A stretch of 64,000 nucleotides of DNA, from contig MU058213.1 of assembly GCA_013265495.1 (NCBI GenBank), forward strand, positions 2,356,001-2,420,000, given 5' to 3'. This stretch comes from Vicugna vicugna. Its lineage: Eukaryota. This document shows positions 14,500 through 27,865 of the stretch, piece by piece. The position numbers were made by a program, and so were the translations under genes. Below the pieces are notes generated by a model, which was not told the DNA's origin, made no database searches, and saw only the letters and a list, made by a program, of their open reading frames with translations. Within the stretch, counting starts at the first letter, position 1. Each line of letters begins with the position of its first letter.

Positions 14500-15840
14500 T
14501 AGTGGAGATTCCTACAGAAAGCAGATCTTAGAAGGACTCATCCTACACTCCTATTTGTGGATAAAAGAAAAAGAAGGTACATTCTCCAACTTACTTTACA
14601 AAACTAGTATAATCATGTTGGTCAAATCATACCAAGGAGCAAGCAGGAAAGTTACAGGTTATGCTCACTGATGTGTGTATATAGAACGTTACTAACTACA
14701 ATATTAAGTAGCATCCAGCAATGTATAAAAAGGCAATCTGTCATGACCAAGTTAGATTTAAACCCAGGAATGCAAGTTTGATTGAACAGTAGATAATCTA
14801 ATCTGTGGGAACTGGTTAAAGGAGAAAATTACATGATCATTTAAATCAATGATGAAAAATCATTCAGTAACATTGAAAACCCATTAGTGGTTTTTGGAGG
14901 GAAAAAAAGCCTTTTGAATTAGAAAGATTTCTCCTGATGAATTTATGTAACAAAAATAAAATATTGTATTAGGAAATGTCATGCTTAATGGTAAAAAAAG
15001 TTTAAGGCTAGTAATGAGAAAGTATGTTATTATCACCACCTCTATTCAGTATTATTTTGGAGATTCTAAACAGCATCATAGGAAAAGAAAAAGAAATAAA
15101 AACTATAATGTTTAGACAGAGGAAACAAAGCTTGAATTATTTGCAGGTTATAAAATGGTCTACATATAAAACTCCAATTTCAAACAAATTATTAGTTTTA
15201 ATAAGCCTATTTAGAAAGAATACTGAATAGGCTTAATATACACAAGTCAAATGCATTTCTGTTTACTGGCAACAAAGAGTTAGAAATGCAACTCAATAAA
15301 AATAAAAAATTTACAATGCTAAAAGGAGTCTAAGGACCACAGGAATAAACTAGTGGAATATATTTATGCCATTTATGGAAAAAAAAACTTAATTGAAAGC
15401 ACTTAAAAGGGTCTAAATAGAGATACTATGTTCATGGATAAAATGACCTAATGTAAGATATCAGTTCTCTAATTTGATAGATAGGGTCAACACTGATATA
15501 ATTAAAATCTCAACAGATTTTTAAATTTAATTAAAAATGTGAACTAAAACTTTTATGGAAGACAAAGGGAAAATAAGCTAACACAGTCCTTAAGAAAATG
15601 AACAGGGTAGAGACATTTATCCTATGAGATAAATAACTTAGTCTAAAACTTGAGTTGTTAGAATAGTTTTGGGGAAAGCAAGGGAATTATTATCATAAAA
15701 TTTAGGGTAGTTATTGCTGGAAGAGAGAAGATTGAGGAGAGGCAAATAATACTGGAAATATTTTTTGAACAAAGTAGTAAGCACGAGAGTCTTTATTTTT
15801 GTTCATAGCATATATATGCCACTTACATTATTACATCTAA
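14500..15840 (+). mobile_element. Degenerate L1 ORF2 (RT region) plus a 3' piece
   Basis: cccaggaatgcaag (PGMQ) motif and ORF 15024-15230 LSPPLFSIILEIL...KEIK, which resembles L1 ORF2 LSPLLFNIVLEVLA. Many stops and indels. Confidence 0.85.
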
Positions 15841-16443
15841 ATTAATCATAAAACAGCTTAAATGGCATTTGAGAATAATCCTAAAATATGCCTTATTCTT
15901 TTAGTAATAATATTTTAATATTTGCTCTCAGATTTATTGAATCTTAGAATTGGGAGATATTAGAAGTAATACTTCCCAATCCTGATTCATAATCAGTCTA
16001 CTGAAGGATTTTTGAAAAAAATATTTATGCCATGGTTCTCTCTGGATCTTGTTGGTCAGAATCTTGCTACATTAGATCTTGCCGGGGTCGGGGGAATATG
16101 GTAAAGGGAGTGATGATGGGTAGTGTAAAACCAAACATATTTTCAATTCTCTAGGTGATTCTGATGATTGCCAGTTAAAGGAATCTTTTTTTTTTTTATA
16201 GTTCATCCTCTCACTGTGTAAGGTATTTTTCCTCTGCAGTGTTAATAGTCAGTATTTCTCACCTTGTATCTTTCCATTGGTAAGGAACTCATTAAGCAGT
16301 TAATCCACTAAATATTAGGTTCTCATTTTTCAAAAGTGTTAATAAGAAAAAAAGGAGGTGCTTTTTGTACATCTCTTAGCATCATGCCTCATGCCTAGCA
16401 CACAGTAAAGGCTCTACACATATTGGCTATTTCCATGTTTATT

Positions 16444-17099
16444 TTTTAATTTATGTTTTCTCTTTTTAAACTAGACTTTATTAATTTTTTTGACAGATGT
16501 ATGTACCAATGAAACCACTACCATAATCAAGATAGCTAACATGTCCATCACTCCCCAAATGGTGCAATTTTCAAATTCTCAATTTAATCCTTCCCATCAC
16601 CTTTAAACCCTGGGGACCATAAGTTTGTTCTCTGTGCCTGAGTCTGTTTCTGTTTTGTAGATAAGTTCATTTGTGTCCTTTTTTTAGATTCCACATATAA
16701 GCAATATCATAGGCATTTTTCTTTCTCTTTCTGGCTTACTTCACTTACAGTGATGATCTCCAGGTATATCCATGTTACTGCAAATGGCGTTTTATTATTT
16801 TTAATGACTGAGTAATATTCCATTGTGTATATATACCAAATCTTCTTATCCAGTCATCTGTTGATGGACATTTGGGTTGTCTCCATGTCTTGGCTATTAT
16901 AAATAACACTGCTGTGAACATTGGGGTACATGTATCTTTTTGAATTTTATTTTGTATCTGGCTATATGCCCAGGAATGGGATTGCTGGATCTAAAAGGAA
17001 CCCGCCTACACTGTTGGTGGGAATGGAAATTGGTGCAGCCACAATGGAGGACAGACAGTATGGAGGTTCCTTAAAAAACTAAAAATAGGCTTACCATAT
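16444..17099 (-). mobile_element. Young 5'-truncated, 5'-inverted L1 with a 16-bp TSD
   Basis: Antisense L1 about 16565-16991 abuts sense L1 about 16993-17099. TSD copies are tatttccatgtttatt (16428-16443) and tatttctgtgtttatt (17097-17112). Confidence 0.85.
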
Positions 17100-19414
17100 T
17101 TCTGTGTTTATTGTAGTTACAGTGATGGATAATGACTCAGTTTCTAACTTCCAGTTATTTCTACCAACTGGCCCTAGTTCTGCTTTCTAGAGCAACAGAG
17201 AATAAGTCTCTTTTCTGCAGAGGAACTTGTTCTTTAAACATTTAAAGAGCCTTTGAATTTTTTCTACTTTTCGCAAAGTATCTGTAGTCCTTACTGCCAG
17301 GAACTCAGGTGAGCTGGAGGAGGGTGGGGGTAGAGCTGAGCTGCCAGGACTCCCGAGTAGCTGATTTAAGCAACAAGCCAAAAGTGAAAGTTAAGCCTTT
17401 AATCACTTACTGTGATGGTACAGGGAGGAGTTTAAAACCAGAGAAAGTGCTGATTCCCCTGTTCCATTTCCTCCAAGGAGCTCTGATAGACAGTCACAGG
17501 GATCAGTGCAGACATGGGAGTCCTCCTCACTGTTGAGAGAACCTAACACAAAGGGCTCCTGCAGTTTTATTGATGCTGAGGTGTGGGTGTAGTGGGGAGG
17601 CAAAGGAAAAGGGTTTGGAGTGGAAAAGTACTAAGTCCTGAGTCAGAGTAGGGAAAAAAAAAGTATCTTCAGGGTGTTCCTCTCCCTTTTAGGAGAACTT
17701 GAGAGACCTCTGAAGACCACCTCTGCCCAAGGCCTCAGATAGAAACCAAGGAGCCAAGTCCCCAGGGCTTGGAATGTAAATACGTGGAAGACCTCGGCCA
17801 GCCAGGTGGGGCTCTGGACCTTGAGTGCAGCTGCCTGCAGGGACTGCAGGGCACTGGTTCGGGGAGGACAGCTTTCCCCTATGAGGGCTGCCGCTTAGAG
17901 CCTTCACAACTGCCTGTGGGCAGGCCTGGAAAATGACATATGGCTTGTTAAGCAGAAGCCAGACCGCACACTTACAGCATTACAGTATGATGTGGCTGGT
18001 AGATGCCCCACCTTTCGGAGCCCTTCATTCAGAGTGTATTGCAGGGCACAGCAGCACAGGGAGGGTGGATATTGTAGTGTTCCTGTAAAATGTGGTTACT
18101 GGGGAGATGACAAGAAAGTAATTAAATCAGTTGAAATTACAGCTGTGTTTCTGAGACTGCGTTACTGGTACAGGATTAAACTAGGCATATCTAAGGACCA
18201 ATACTCTAGCTGAACTACTAAGTTCTTACTTTGAGGGTCAGTATAGTTTAATTTTAAATCAAGCATTTACTATCATCTAAGATAGCAGAATATAATGAAA
18301 TCAATGACATTAAAGTATTAATGCAAAACAGATTGGATTTGTAGTCAGTATTCAGTTTCTGGGGGTACCAGTGTTCCTGATGTTAGGCTCCATCCAAAAA
18401 CTCAGAAATTACCTTCCTAAAAATATTATCGATTCTGTAATTTTTTCATCCTGTAATAGTATATCTTTCCTTCTCTTTGTGCTATTCATTGACACCCCTC
18501 CAAACTTGTGCCTAAATCGATCTTCATAAGTTCTGTACTCCTTACCCTCCAATCAGTTTAGGTGCTCATTTATATCATTAGAAGTTATTTTCCTTAATAA
18601 CAAAGGTTTGCACTTTTTTTCCTTTGGGATTATTCTGACCTCACCGCCACCTTCTTGAAGCAGTTCAGTATAGCAGTTGACTTCATTTCTACCTCCTAAG
18701 ATGAAGCAGATCCCCCTCATGGTTGAGCAGTAAACCAGAATCAGGTGAAGGAAAGACTTGTCAGAATGAGTCTGTGGAGACCAGACAGTAAATGGTATTC
18801 AAGGTATTGTCAGCAAGTGTAATGTGAAAATAAGAGACTTGTGGTGCTTCTAATAGATCCAGTCACTATCAGGAGTCAACTCTTCATGTGGTCACGCAAA
18901 CACACTCTGGAAAATTACAGCAAAGTGAAACTGTAAGACACGGGCTCTTGGCTTATGATGAAATTGCTCTGGCAAGGACACAGTTGATGAATGTCAGAAG
19001 TCTAATGTGGTGACCTCCAGTTACGTGTATAACTCCCAATACAAAGCATTGTGCGGAGGTTGTTAACATATAACTCATTTCTAATGGAAAATAAAACCCA
19101 AGATACGTGAAGTAGCAAGAGTAACTTGGGCCTTAAAGAAAAGTTAGGATTCAAATTTTGGATCCCGCACTGTCAGAAAGGAGGCGTTTCCATACAGTGT
19201 GATGAGCCAGTCTAGAGTAGCAACCTCGTTGCTGTTGGTGATGGTGATAGCGGTGACGATCACGGTCATCACCGAGAGTTAGAAAAGAGGAAGGACAGGA
19301 GTGGTGCAGGGAAGGGAGGAAGATGAGGGGAGGGAGAGAAGAGAAGAAATTACTCAGAACATAATAACTCTTTTCTTAAAATGGCTCAGTTCACATTATG
19401 AATACTAATCACTG

Positions 19415-19655
19415 AGACCGTGGTTAAAAGGATTGACTGAGAAACTGGACTCCCAGGTTCAAAACTCAGCCCTGTGATTGCCAGTTGTGTGATTTTGGAG
19501 CAAGATACATGACATCTTTGTGCTTTAGTATGCTCACTTATGAGGATAATTGTAGTTCTATCTCAGATTTATTGTCTGCATTAACTGAGTTCGTGTGTGT
19601 GAAACAGCTATAACAGTTACCTGGCACACAGGAAGAGCCAAATAAGTAATAATTA
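19415..19655 (+). mobile_element. MIR SINE
   Basis: gtggttaaaagg...ccaggttcaaaactcagc...tgtgtgattttggagcaag...cctggcacacagg. Confidence 0.8.
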
Positions 19656-19679
19656 TTTTGGAACAGTTAGTGGCTGTTT

Positions 19680-20010
19680 CCTCATTCATTCATTCCCATA
19701 ATTTGTATTGGACAACTGTGTGCCAGGCATTCTTCAAGGCACTTGGAAACAAAACAAAGATCCTTGCTTTCTGTAGAGCTTGAGTTCTAGTAGGAATGAT
19801 AGGTAATGAAAAAATAAACATAGGTAATTAATGTAATGTGCAAGATGGTTGTAAGAACTATGTAAGTACAAAAAGAGTAAAGCTGGGTAAAGGGGATTGG
19901 GAGTGTTGGGGTGAATTGGGGGGGCATGGAGACAGTTTGTATGTTGCAGTATTAAATAGAGTGGTAAGGTTAAGTCTCATTGAAAAAGATGAGATTTAAA
20001 CTAAAACTTA
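19680..20010 (-). mobile_element. LINE-2 3' end
   Basis: tcattcattcattc...gtattggacaactgtgtgccaggcattctt...ggcacttgga. Confidence 0.75.
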
Positions 20011-21091
20011 CTGCATCACATACAATAAGTAGCCCTAAATTATAGTGCTTTTGAGCTTTTGTGTTTGCTTTTTAAGGAAAAAGTGAAACTGCTTTTTGGT
20101 TCTCCACTTGTGTATTATTTTGGCTCCAATATATGTATGCTTATCAGTGTTTGTCTGCATGGTCAAACAGAAATAGAGCAAAGAGTCTTGCTTTGTGTGA
20201 TTCAGGGTCTCTGAGAGAGAAGCAGTTTCTTTTCTATGCAAAGTTGACTTCTCATTGGCTTGTTCTCTTACTCTTAAGATCCGTGTGCTTTATATGGGAT
20301 CCTAACTGTCACTGACTCAAATGCATTATCTTGCATAGACAGGCAAACAACCAAGTTGTGAGTCCAGAACTAATATATCCCATGACCAGCACTTCCCTAC
20401 TGGTGGAAGGTTGCTACCTTTGTTCCATCACCATACCGTTCGCAGTTGACAAACAGGCTTCACCTGCGTTCTCTCTACTTCATCTCCCATGGTGAAATAG
20501 TCACAAAATAAGTAGCTAAGCTCCTGTAGCAAACTTCTGAGGAGAGATCCGTGTGATGGGTGCATGGAGAGCCAGGCATGCAACCAAAGGAGAAGCTCAG
20601 GTATGTCTTTGTATCATTTTCATGTTAATGACCACATGAGGAAACATACCCTTTTTCAAGTAACTGTAGTTTATACACTGCTGGCCTGATGATTCTTGGC
20701 CAAACCCAGAGACTCATGTACTGTCACTGAAAGCCAGTCCCAGTATCTGCACGTTTTGGAGGAAGACCACTAATTACGCCCTTCGTAAGGTTCTCACAAC
20801 ACTCCACAGCACTTAGTATAGGTGCATGGAGCCAAGCAGAGTAAACAAGGTTTTCCCACTTCCTGCTTCTCCAGTCAGCACAGCCAAATCCCCCAGATCT
20901 CCATAGCTGGGCTTCCTCCCTCTCCCTTCCATTCTAATTGTATCTGTGTTTGTTTGTTTTAAATTTAAGAAGTGTTTTAAAAAGTGTTTCTTAAATACCT
21001 ATTTGACAGCCTCATGGAAGGATTGATGATACCTTAAGCTGAACATGGATAGATTTGTCTTTGTTCAAATAACTGTAATTACCTTCTGGTT

Positions 21092-21105
21092 GTGTGAGTG
21101 CATGC

Positions 21106-21144
<39 letters not shown>

Positions 21145-21151
21145 TGTGTGT
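21092..21151. repeat. Compound (TG)n(AG)n microsatellite
   Basis: Read directly from the sequence. Confidence 0.95.
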
Positions 21152-24100
21152 TTAAGGCTCCATTTCAATTCCAGTAAGTGTACCTGAAAATGCAAGGCAT
21201 ATCCATCAGGAACAAAGGATACTTATTCTCTATTTTAACCCCTGATGGTGTTGGGTAGGTAAAGTGCTCCTATGCTAAGAACAGTAAGAGTAACATTTTG
21301 AATTAGAGAAATAATGACTTGATTTGTCCCTCAATTTTCAGAGGGGCATACCTTCTGAAATTATAATTTTTGTTCCCAATCCTAAGAAGACAAGAGAATG
21401 TAGGACAATGTTTTCATTTCTAATTACTTGAAATTCTAAACGTATGTATTTATTTACCTTAGAAAGGAATACTTAAAAATAACTGAAAAGAATTCTTCCA
21501 ATGATTAGTTTTACTGTTACTAAGTAGTATGTTTAGCAATACTAATATGTTTAAAATTCTATACTAAATGCTAGATATGAAAAATAAATTGTGTTTAGTT
21601 CCTATTTTTGAGAAGTCCATAATCTGGTTAGAAGTCAGAGAAGAGCAAATTGTTGCCATTATAAAAAGGATATGTTGAGTGCAATGGTAGTATGGTTAAA
21701 TTGGTCCTTGGCTAGTAAATAAAGTTTAAGATCGTGCAGTTGAGTTTTGTTAACTTCGTAAGCTTCTGATCCCTTGTACAACGCTGGGCAATCCGCTCTC
21801 TGAGAACCTTCATGAATTGCAGAGGAATGATTTTGCATGCTAAGCATGACAAGTGGTCATGCTTGAAGCTGTCGTAGATATAACAATATTGCCAAGTCCA
21901 ATGGTGCCAGAAGTCTTCCCGCCATAGGACTTGAGATCATACATCCAGGGAGGCAGGGAACAGATGAAGCTACTGGGGGAGAGAAGTCACTGACTTGAAA
22001 TCAATGGTAAGAGAAACATTTTTTAAAAATATAATTGATACTACCATATAATTATATTCTATCTCTACCTGTTTATTTCACTTGGAATCCCCTCAACACT
22101 CACCCTCAGGCTGAGAATTCATTAAACCAAGTACTTGATATATATTTATTGTTTTTCTAAAATGAGATGAATTCTATTGCAAGAATTCTGTAATATCCCA
22201 TAAAATAATGAGACAGCCATGGAATAACATATCACCAGGGCTTCACTCAGTTATCTTGTCTCTGAACAGGGTACCTTGTAAGATACACGTGGCCTGAGTT
22301 TTCTCCATTCTCCTTTTTTCTTTCGTGGTGAGCAGGGCGTCAGGGTCTTTTCTTGGTGTTACCTGTCCGAGCTAGATCACTGGGTAGGATGCGTCTTTAC
22401 TCTGAGCTCCAGTCCGGGCCATGTTTTGTGTTTCTGTTACCATAAAGCAGGGACACTGTAAAAAGGATTACTCAATAACCTGAGAATAAGAGGGGACTGG
22501 GGCTGTATAAGTCTGGCAACCGCCTAATGGCCCAGTCTCTGCCTTTGGTAGTAACTAATTTTCATTAGTGCTGGGAAAGGGATTGTTAAAGTTTTTTTCA
22601 TTATTGATGGATGGATTCTTGAAAATTTCAGGGGATTAAATATGTAGCATATGTCAAAAGAACAGAAAAATAAAAGGAAATCTGAGGTTTCCGTTTGAGA
22701 AATGTAGTTCCTTTGCTACTGGATATTTGATTGCATTTAATGGCCTTTATGTAAAGCATATTAATAAGCTGATGTTTCCTCAACTTAAGAATGATTTCAC
22801 TTTACAAACTATATATTAGTGAATGCTGAGTTTTTCCGGAGAGAGATTACTAAGAAACTTAGCTTTAAACCAAAGAACAAAAATACATGCAATTTTATAT
22901 TTACTACAGCGTTGAACCACAGAAGCATAGTTTAGGAATCTAAAAACTAACACCCTAAATTGAGACCCTATGTGGCATGAATTTTAATTAAAGGGACTTT
23001 TTTTTTTCAAATAATTGCTTAATGATGAGAAAGTTTAGAGGCTGAATTTTTTGTTTGTTTTCTATTCTGTAGTATGTGATATTATGAATTTAATTTAGAT
23101 GCAGATAAAGTTATGAGAAGAATAGGAAAGGTTTTTGCATAGGGAATCACAAGCCCTGTAAGAGGCGACGCTGTCTATTTGAGAAACATGCTGTTAAAGA
23201 AATGAGCCCTAGAAAGTACATAATGTAGCTGAGTTGTTAGGAGTTAATCCCTGACACCTGGCATTGTCTCCTCGAGACTAACATTGAGAAATTTTCAGGA
23301 GAGTGTTTAACAGCTGCATTTTAGGTTTTTAATTCCACAACTTACTGCACTAAAACCTAGGACCATTTGGTTGTTTTGCTATGAAAAATTTTTAATTATT
23401 TGAAATGTAACCTGCAGTCCCCTTTACCACCAGCATGGTAAATCTTTCACATCCCCTTGATGTCTTTGAAAACTTAGAGATGACATTAGCTTTTAAAAAA
23501 TAATGTAAAAGTGAATAATGAGGTATTCAGCACTTCTGAAACCATATTTCAAAAGAACAGGAGTTTGAAAGAAAAAGTCTGCTTCAAGTGTTAAGGAGCA
23601 TTAGAGAGCGGTAAGAGGTCAATGCTTAGGAAAGGAGAAAGTAATTTTGTAGAATACAAAGGCTCTCCTTGACAGCGAGGCCATTTACTCTTGAAAATCA
23701 TATAGCAGTTTGAATTGGGAATTTTACCAGCGTTTATAAAGCGAATGAAGGGGTTGAAAAAGTGGTGAAACCACTTGAGTCAGGACCCTCATTAGGGAAT
23801 CCAGAATTACTTCAAGTCTTTTAGACCATCCCCCTGTCTGCTTTATCTGTCCTCTTGTCCATCATGAATGCCAGACTGGTCTTCTTAAAACAGTGTTTTC
23901 ATCGTGTTAGTCTCATGGCTACACACTCAAAGGAAGGTGGATGTGGCAGTTCTGTTCAAGATGACCTGGAGATAAGGAAGTTAGTCATTAAAGTCAACAG
24001 AAAGAATTCCAGTTAGAACAGGGTACAATTCACAACAAAGTTGTGGTGTTCCAAATAGAAAGAAAGACGCAAATAGGAGAGGGTGTGAGGAAGAAAAAGA

Positions 24101-24861
24101 GAGACTGTGACCGAGGTGAAATGGACAAGGCTTGATACCTCTTGGATGTCAGAAGCAGAGGAGAAGAGAGGAAAAGGATGGCAGCGATGGTCTGGAGCCC
24201 TGAGAATTCCTAGCTTGCTGCCACAGTCGGGGTACCTTGGACAAGTATGTAATTACTTTGCAGCTCAGTTTCCATATGCCTAAAATACAAGACTGTTGGA
24301 ATGTATAATTTCTTAGGTTGCTTAAGTTTTTCAAGTTGCATTAGCTGTTATTAAGGATTTTAAGCCTCTGGAACTGGGCAAATGGCGATAGTATGAAAAA
24401 CAGAACTCAAAAGGAGACATCCAAAAAAAAGTGTGCAGGAAAAATAATTGGTTCTAAAATGGATGTCTTTACTTGAAAGCACTGACAGGTTTTGGAAATA
24501 TTCAGGGACACTGAAAAACTATGTATTGCTACCCACTGTGCTCCAGGCATTCAACAGAGCAAACATGTCCCTTGCCTACTTCAGTGAAGTCAGTTCATAG
24601 ACAAATTTACTGTATGAACTAGAGAAAGAGTAAGAAAATGAAAGCAAGAAGGAGGAAGGGAAAGGAAACTATTTAAAAATGATGGGGAATTAAACTTGCC
24701 AGTTCACTATTTTATTAACACATGCCCAGAATGAGCAAGAATTGAAAGACAGGAATATGCTGTACCCTATAAAGTTTTGTTTTCCCTTGGCGTCTCAGAT
24801 GGAAACAGTATTGTCTCCCTGCAAATAATTTTCTATACTTTTCATTCAATCATGGCAGTTA

Positions 24862-25199
24862 CAGACATCCCTTGCTATTCAGGGGAATTGGTACTATTGC
24901 TCCCATAGGTACCAAAATTCAAGGATGCTGAAGCCTCTTATATAAAATGGTGTATTATTTGCGTATAACCTGTGCACATCCACCTGTATACTTTATATCA
25001 ACTCTAGATTACTTATAATAGCAACTAAAATGTAAATGCTATGTAAATAGTTGTAAATATTTTACAAATAGTTGCCAGCACACTGAAAATCCAAGTTTTG
25101 CTTTTTGGAACTTTCTGGGTTATTTTTTCCCAAGTAGTTTCAGTCTGTGGTTGATGGAACCCAGGGATGTGGAACCCACAGATATGTAGGGCTGGCTCA
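24862..25199 (+). mobile_element. MER2-family (MER2B-like) TcMar-Tigger element
   Basis: ta|cagacatccctt...taccaaaattcaaggatgctgaagcctcttatataaaatgg...ctctagattacttataata...ggaacccacagatatgtagggctggct. Confidence 0.85.
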
Positions 25200-26739
25200 T
25201 CTGTCTCAACCAAGGACCCAGTGGTTCACTCCAAGGCAAAGGGAAATATGGCTGTACAAGTTTTACTGAGAGTTGTTAGGTTGGTCTGTGATGCAGTTCC
25301 CTCCATAGGGATTTTCAGTGGTAATTTAGAGGAGTAGATGTGATTTTCAATAAAGACAAACATCCTAATTTATGGCCACAGTTCAGAGAATCCAGGAAGT
25401 AATGGAGAGAAGATAGGGGAGTCTGGAATGATTAATACTAGGGAGAAGCTTAATGCTTTAAATTTTAGTTCTGCTTAGACAATTATTTAAGAGACTAAAA
25501 CAGTATTTTTCAAGATTAGAGCTAACGGGAAAAAAAGAAATGAACTGCGTTGGAGCACCTGTGAGAATTTTGTCCAACATAAGTCAGATAACTGGGACCA
25601 GGAGTGTAGGTTAGGATTAGGCAAGGAATCAGCTCAGCCAAGATGCATTCATATCAGGGCTGAGGTGCTAACCAAAATGAAATCAGCGGAGGTGAGAAGT
25701 CTTGACCAAAGCTGAGTCAGAAGAGGAGGTTCATATGACTCAGAGGACCACATGGGGTGCAGTCACAACTATGGCTTTCTGCCTCCTCCTCCTCTAATTC
25801 TTTAAGTAGACGCCTGCCCTCAAGTGCATGTCTGCCGGGGACTCTTACTCTTCTGTTCCTTAGTTGGAGGGGTGTGAATAGCCCTAGGCAGCAGTGGGCC
25901 AGCATACATTCCACCAACTTCAATAATGTTCCTGACTACACAAATCTGTAATAAAATAATTGTTACCAGTGAGGTATCATCTACTTATGTAGGTCGTATC
26001 AGTCAGTACTCCCAGCCATGCTACAAGGAAGGTCATTTTTGCATTTTCCATTTAAGAAAAGCAAGATTCATAGAAATTAAGAAATATTTCCTGGTTGAGT
26101 AACTGTGCTCTTACCTTCTTCCAGTGACTAAGTCCTTGCCTGCTAACCCACTTTAGTGTGAGGTCCTTAACTTTCTCCCTGGTTCTCAGGCTTCTGTCTT
26201 GTTCTTTTCAGGTGTTAGTTCCGAGATAAGGATCTTAGGTTTTAAAACAAGACCATGACTTCCTTGATGTCTAGTCTCTTAAGTGTCCAGGCCTGTTCCC
26301 TTGACCTTCCACTTTTCATTCTTCCCTGCTACATGCCAGAGTTGGCTGTAGGGAAACAGAGATAAGTAAGATTTATGTCTCATTTTTGGAAACCTATATT
26401 CTAGCAGGGACATGTAAACAAACAGAATCTCCTTTTACGGGGGTTATGGCAGAGGACGTAGAACAACTGTTCCCACAGGTTTTTCTACCCTAGTTTGACC
26501 AAAAAGTTGAATACCCTTCTCTGAGTTACAAGTATTGAATTTTAACCCACACAGCTTCTCAGAAGCCCATCTGAACAGCAGGAGCCAGGATTCTCCCTCC
26601 TCCCCCTCCTCTCTCTCCCCAGTTCCTCCCACTCAGCATCCCTGATGTTGAGGTCACAGCCAAGTAGAGTTGGTTGAGGAGATACTTACATCTGCCTTAT
26701 GGCTCGATGAGTGTTACTTTCAAGTTCATCTGAGAGGTA

Positions 26740-27110
26740 TGTAAGTGTGAGCTGATGCCACTCAGCAAGGAGGCCATACCAGTAGAGGAAATGGCAGAGT
26801 AAAGACAGACAGGTAGAGGGTAGTATGATGCCCCTGAGGATCTACAAGGAGCGGAAGATGACTAGAACAAGAAAGTATAGGGAGAGATCAAGAGAGATGA
26901 GACTGGAGGAGCAATCATACCTTCTTGGCTTGTAAAGGGGTTTGTTCTCTATCTTGCAGGCACTAAGGCATATTGAGTATAAAAATGACATCTTCAGATT
27001 TGCATTCCAGAAAAATCACTCTGGCAGTGTAAAAAATGGACTAGCAAAAAAATCTGAGAGATGAAGATAAAGCCTGGACTAGGACACTGTCAATGGGAAA
27101 GTTCAGGAGG
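26740..27110 (-). mobile_element. LINE-2 fragment
   Basis: Antisense L2-like purine-rich block, e.g. cagatttgcattccagaaaaatcactctggcag. Confidence 0.55.
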
Positions 27111-27128
27111 GAGACAACTGCCCAAATA

Positions 27129-27865
27129 CCATGTTTTGTTAACTCTACAATGTGCGTTTTTATACCTTAAAACAAACTGAGATGAATCTTAATAACTGAG
27201 GGTGTCTTAAACATTGGTAACCAAGCTGCAGTTGTAGGAGGGTACAAGCCTGCACACTTGTAATCTTAAAGTGCCGTGTGCGAAGGCAAAGTATAGCTTT
27301 GTTGTTATTGCTAGTGTTGTGGCTGGGTAATTGCAATCTCTTAATTATTCAGTTTAGAAAAATAAGGATGCTTTGAGGAAGGATCGGAGTACTGTTTTGT
27401 CTCTTTTGATGCTTTTGGTAAGGTTGGGAGCCCACCAGCACCCAAATCAGCAGTAGAGCTGTCTGCATCTTGGAACATATGAAACAATAATGGAGTCCTG
27501 TTTTACATAATGCTCAATCACTGGTGCTCTTGATGGCTTAAAGGACAATAATTTGAAAAAAGTCTCAGACTATGACAGTTGTGAGTTGAAGAGTAATTCT
27601 GAAAAGTTGGACTCTGAATGAGAGTCTAATTAGTCTAACTAATTTTTGTTTTTATTTTCCTTTTCATGTGTAGAAAAGTAAGATATATGACAGAAATCTA
27701 TGCCATAGACAGTCACTTTAAGAGGGCCCATTCAACAAGTCTAAAATTTAAATTCTGATTGCTGAGAAAGCATGGTGTCAGAGATTAATTTGATTTTTTT
27801 TCACAGTGGTATATAAAATCATGCTTTGTCTTATGACATATAGTGTCTTATTTTTGATGAAATGA
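27129..27865 (+). mobile_element. TcMar-Tc2 (Kanga/MER104-like) DNA transposon remnant
   Basis: Degenerate inverted termini (ccatgttttgttaactctac... and ...gtgtcttatatttttgatgaaatg). Internal tgctcaatcactggtgctcttgatggc resembles the transposase C-terminal CITNALDG. Confidence 0.55.

Noticed and set aside
21842..21864. Hairpin AAGCATGAC-5nt-GTCATGCTT
   Set aside because: A 9-bp stem is expected by chance and is too short for a pre-miRNA.
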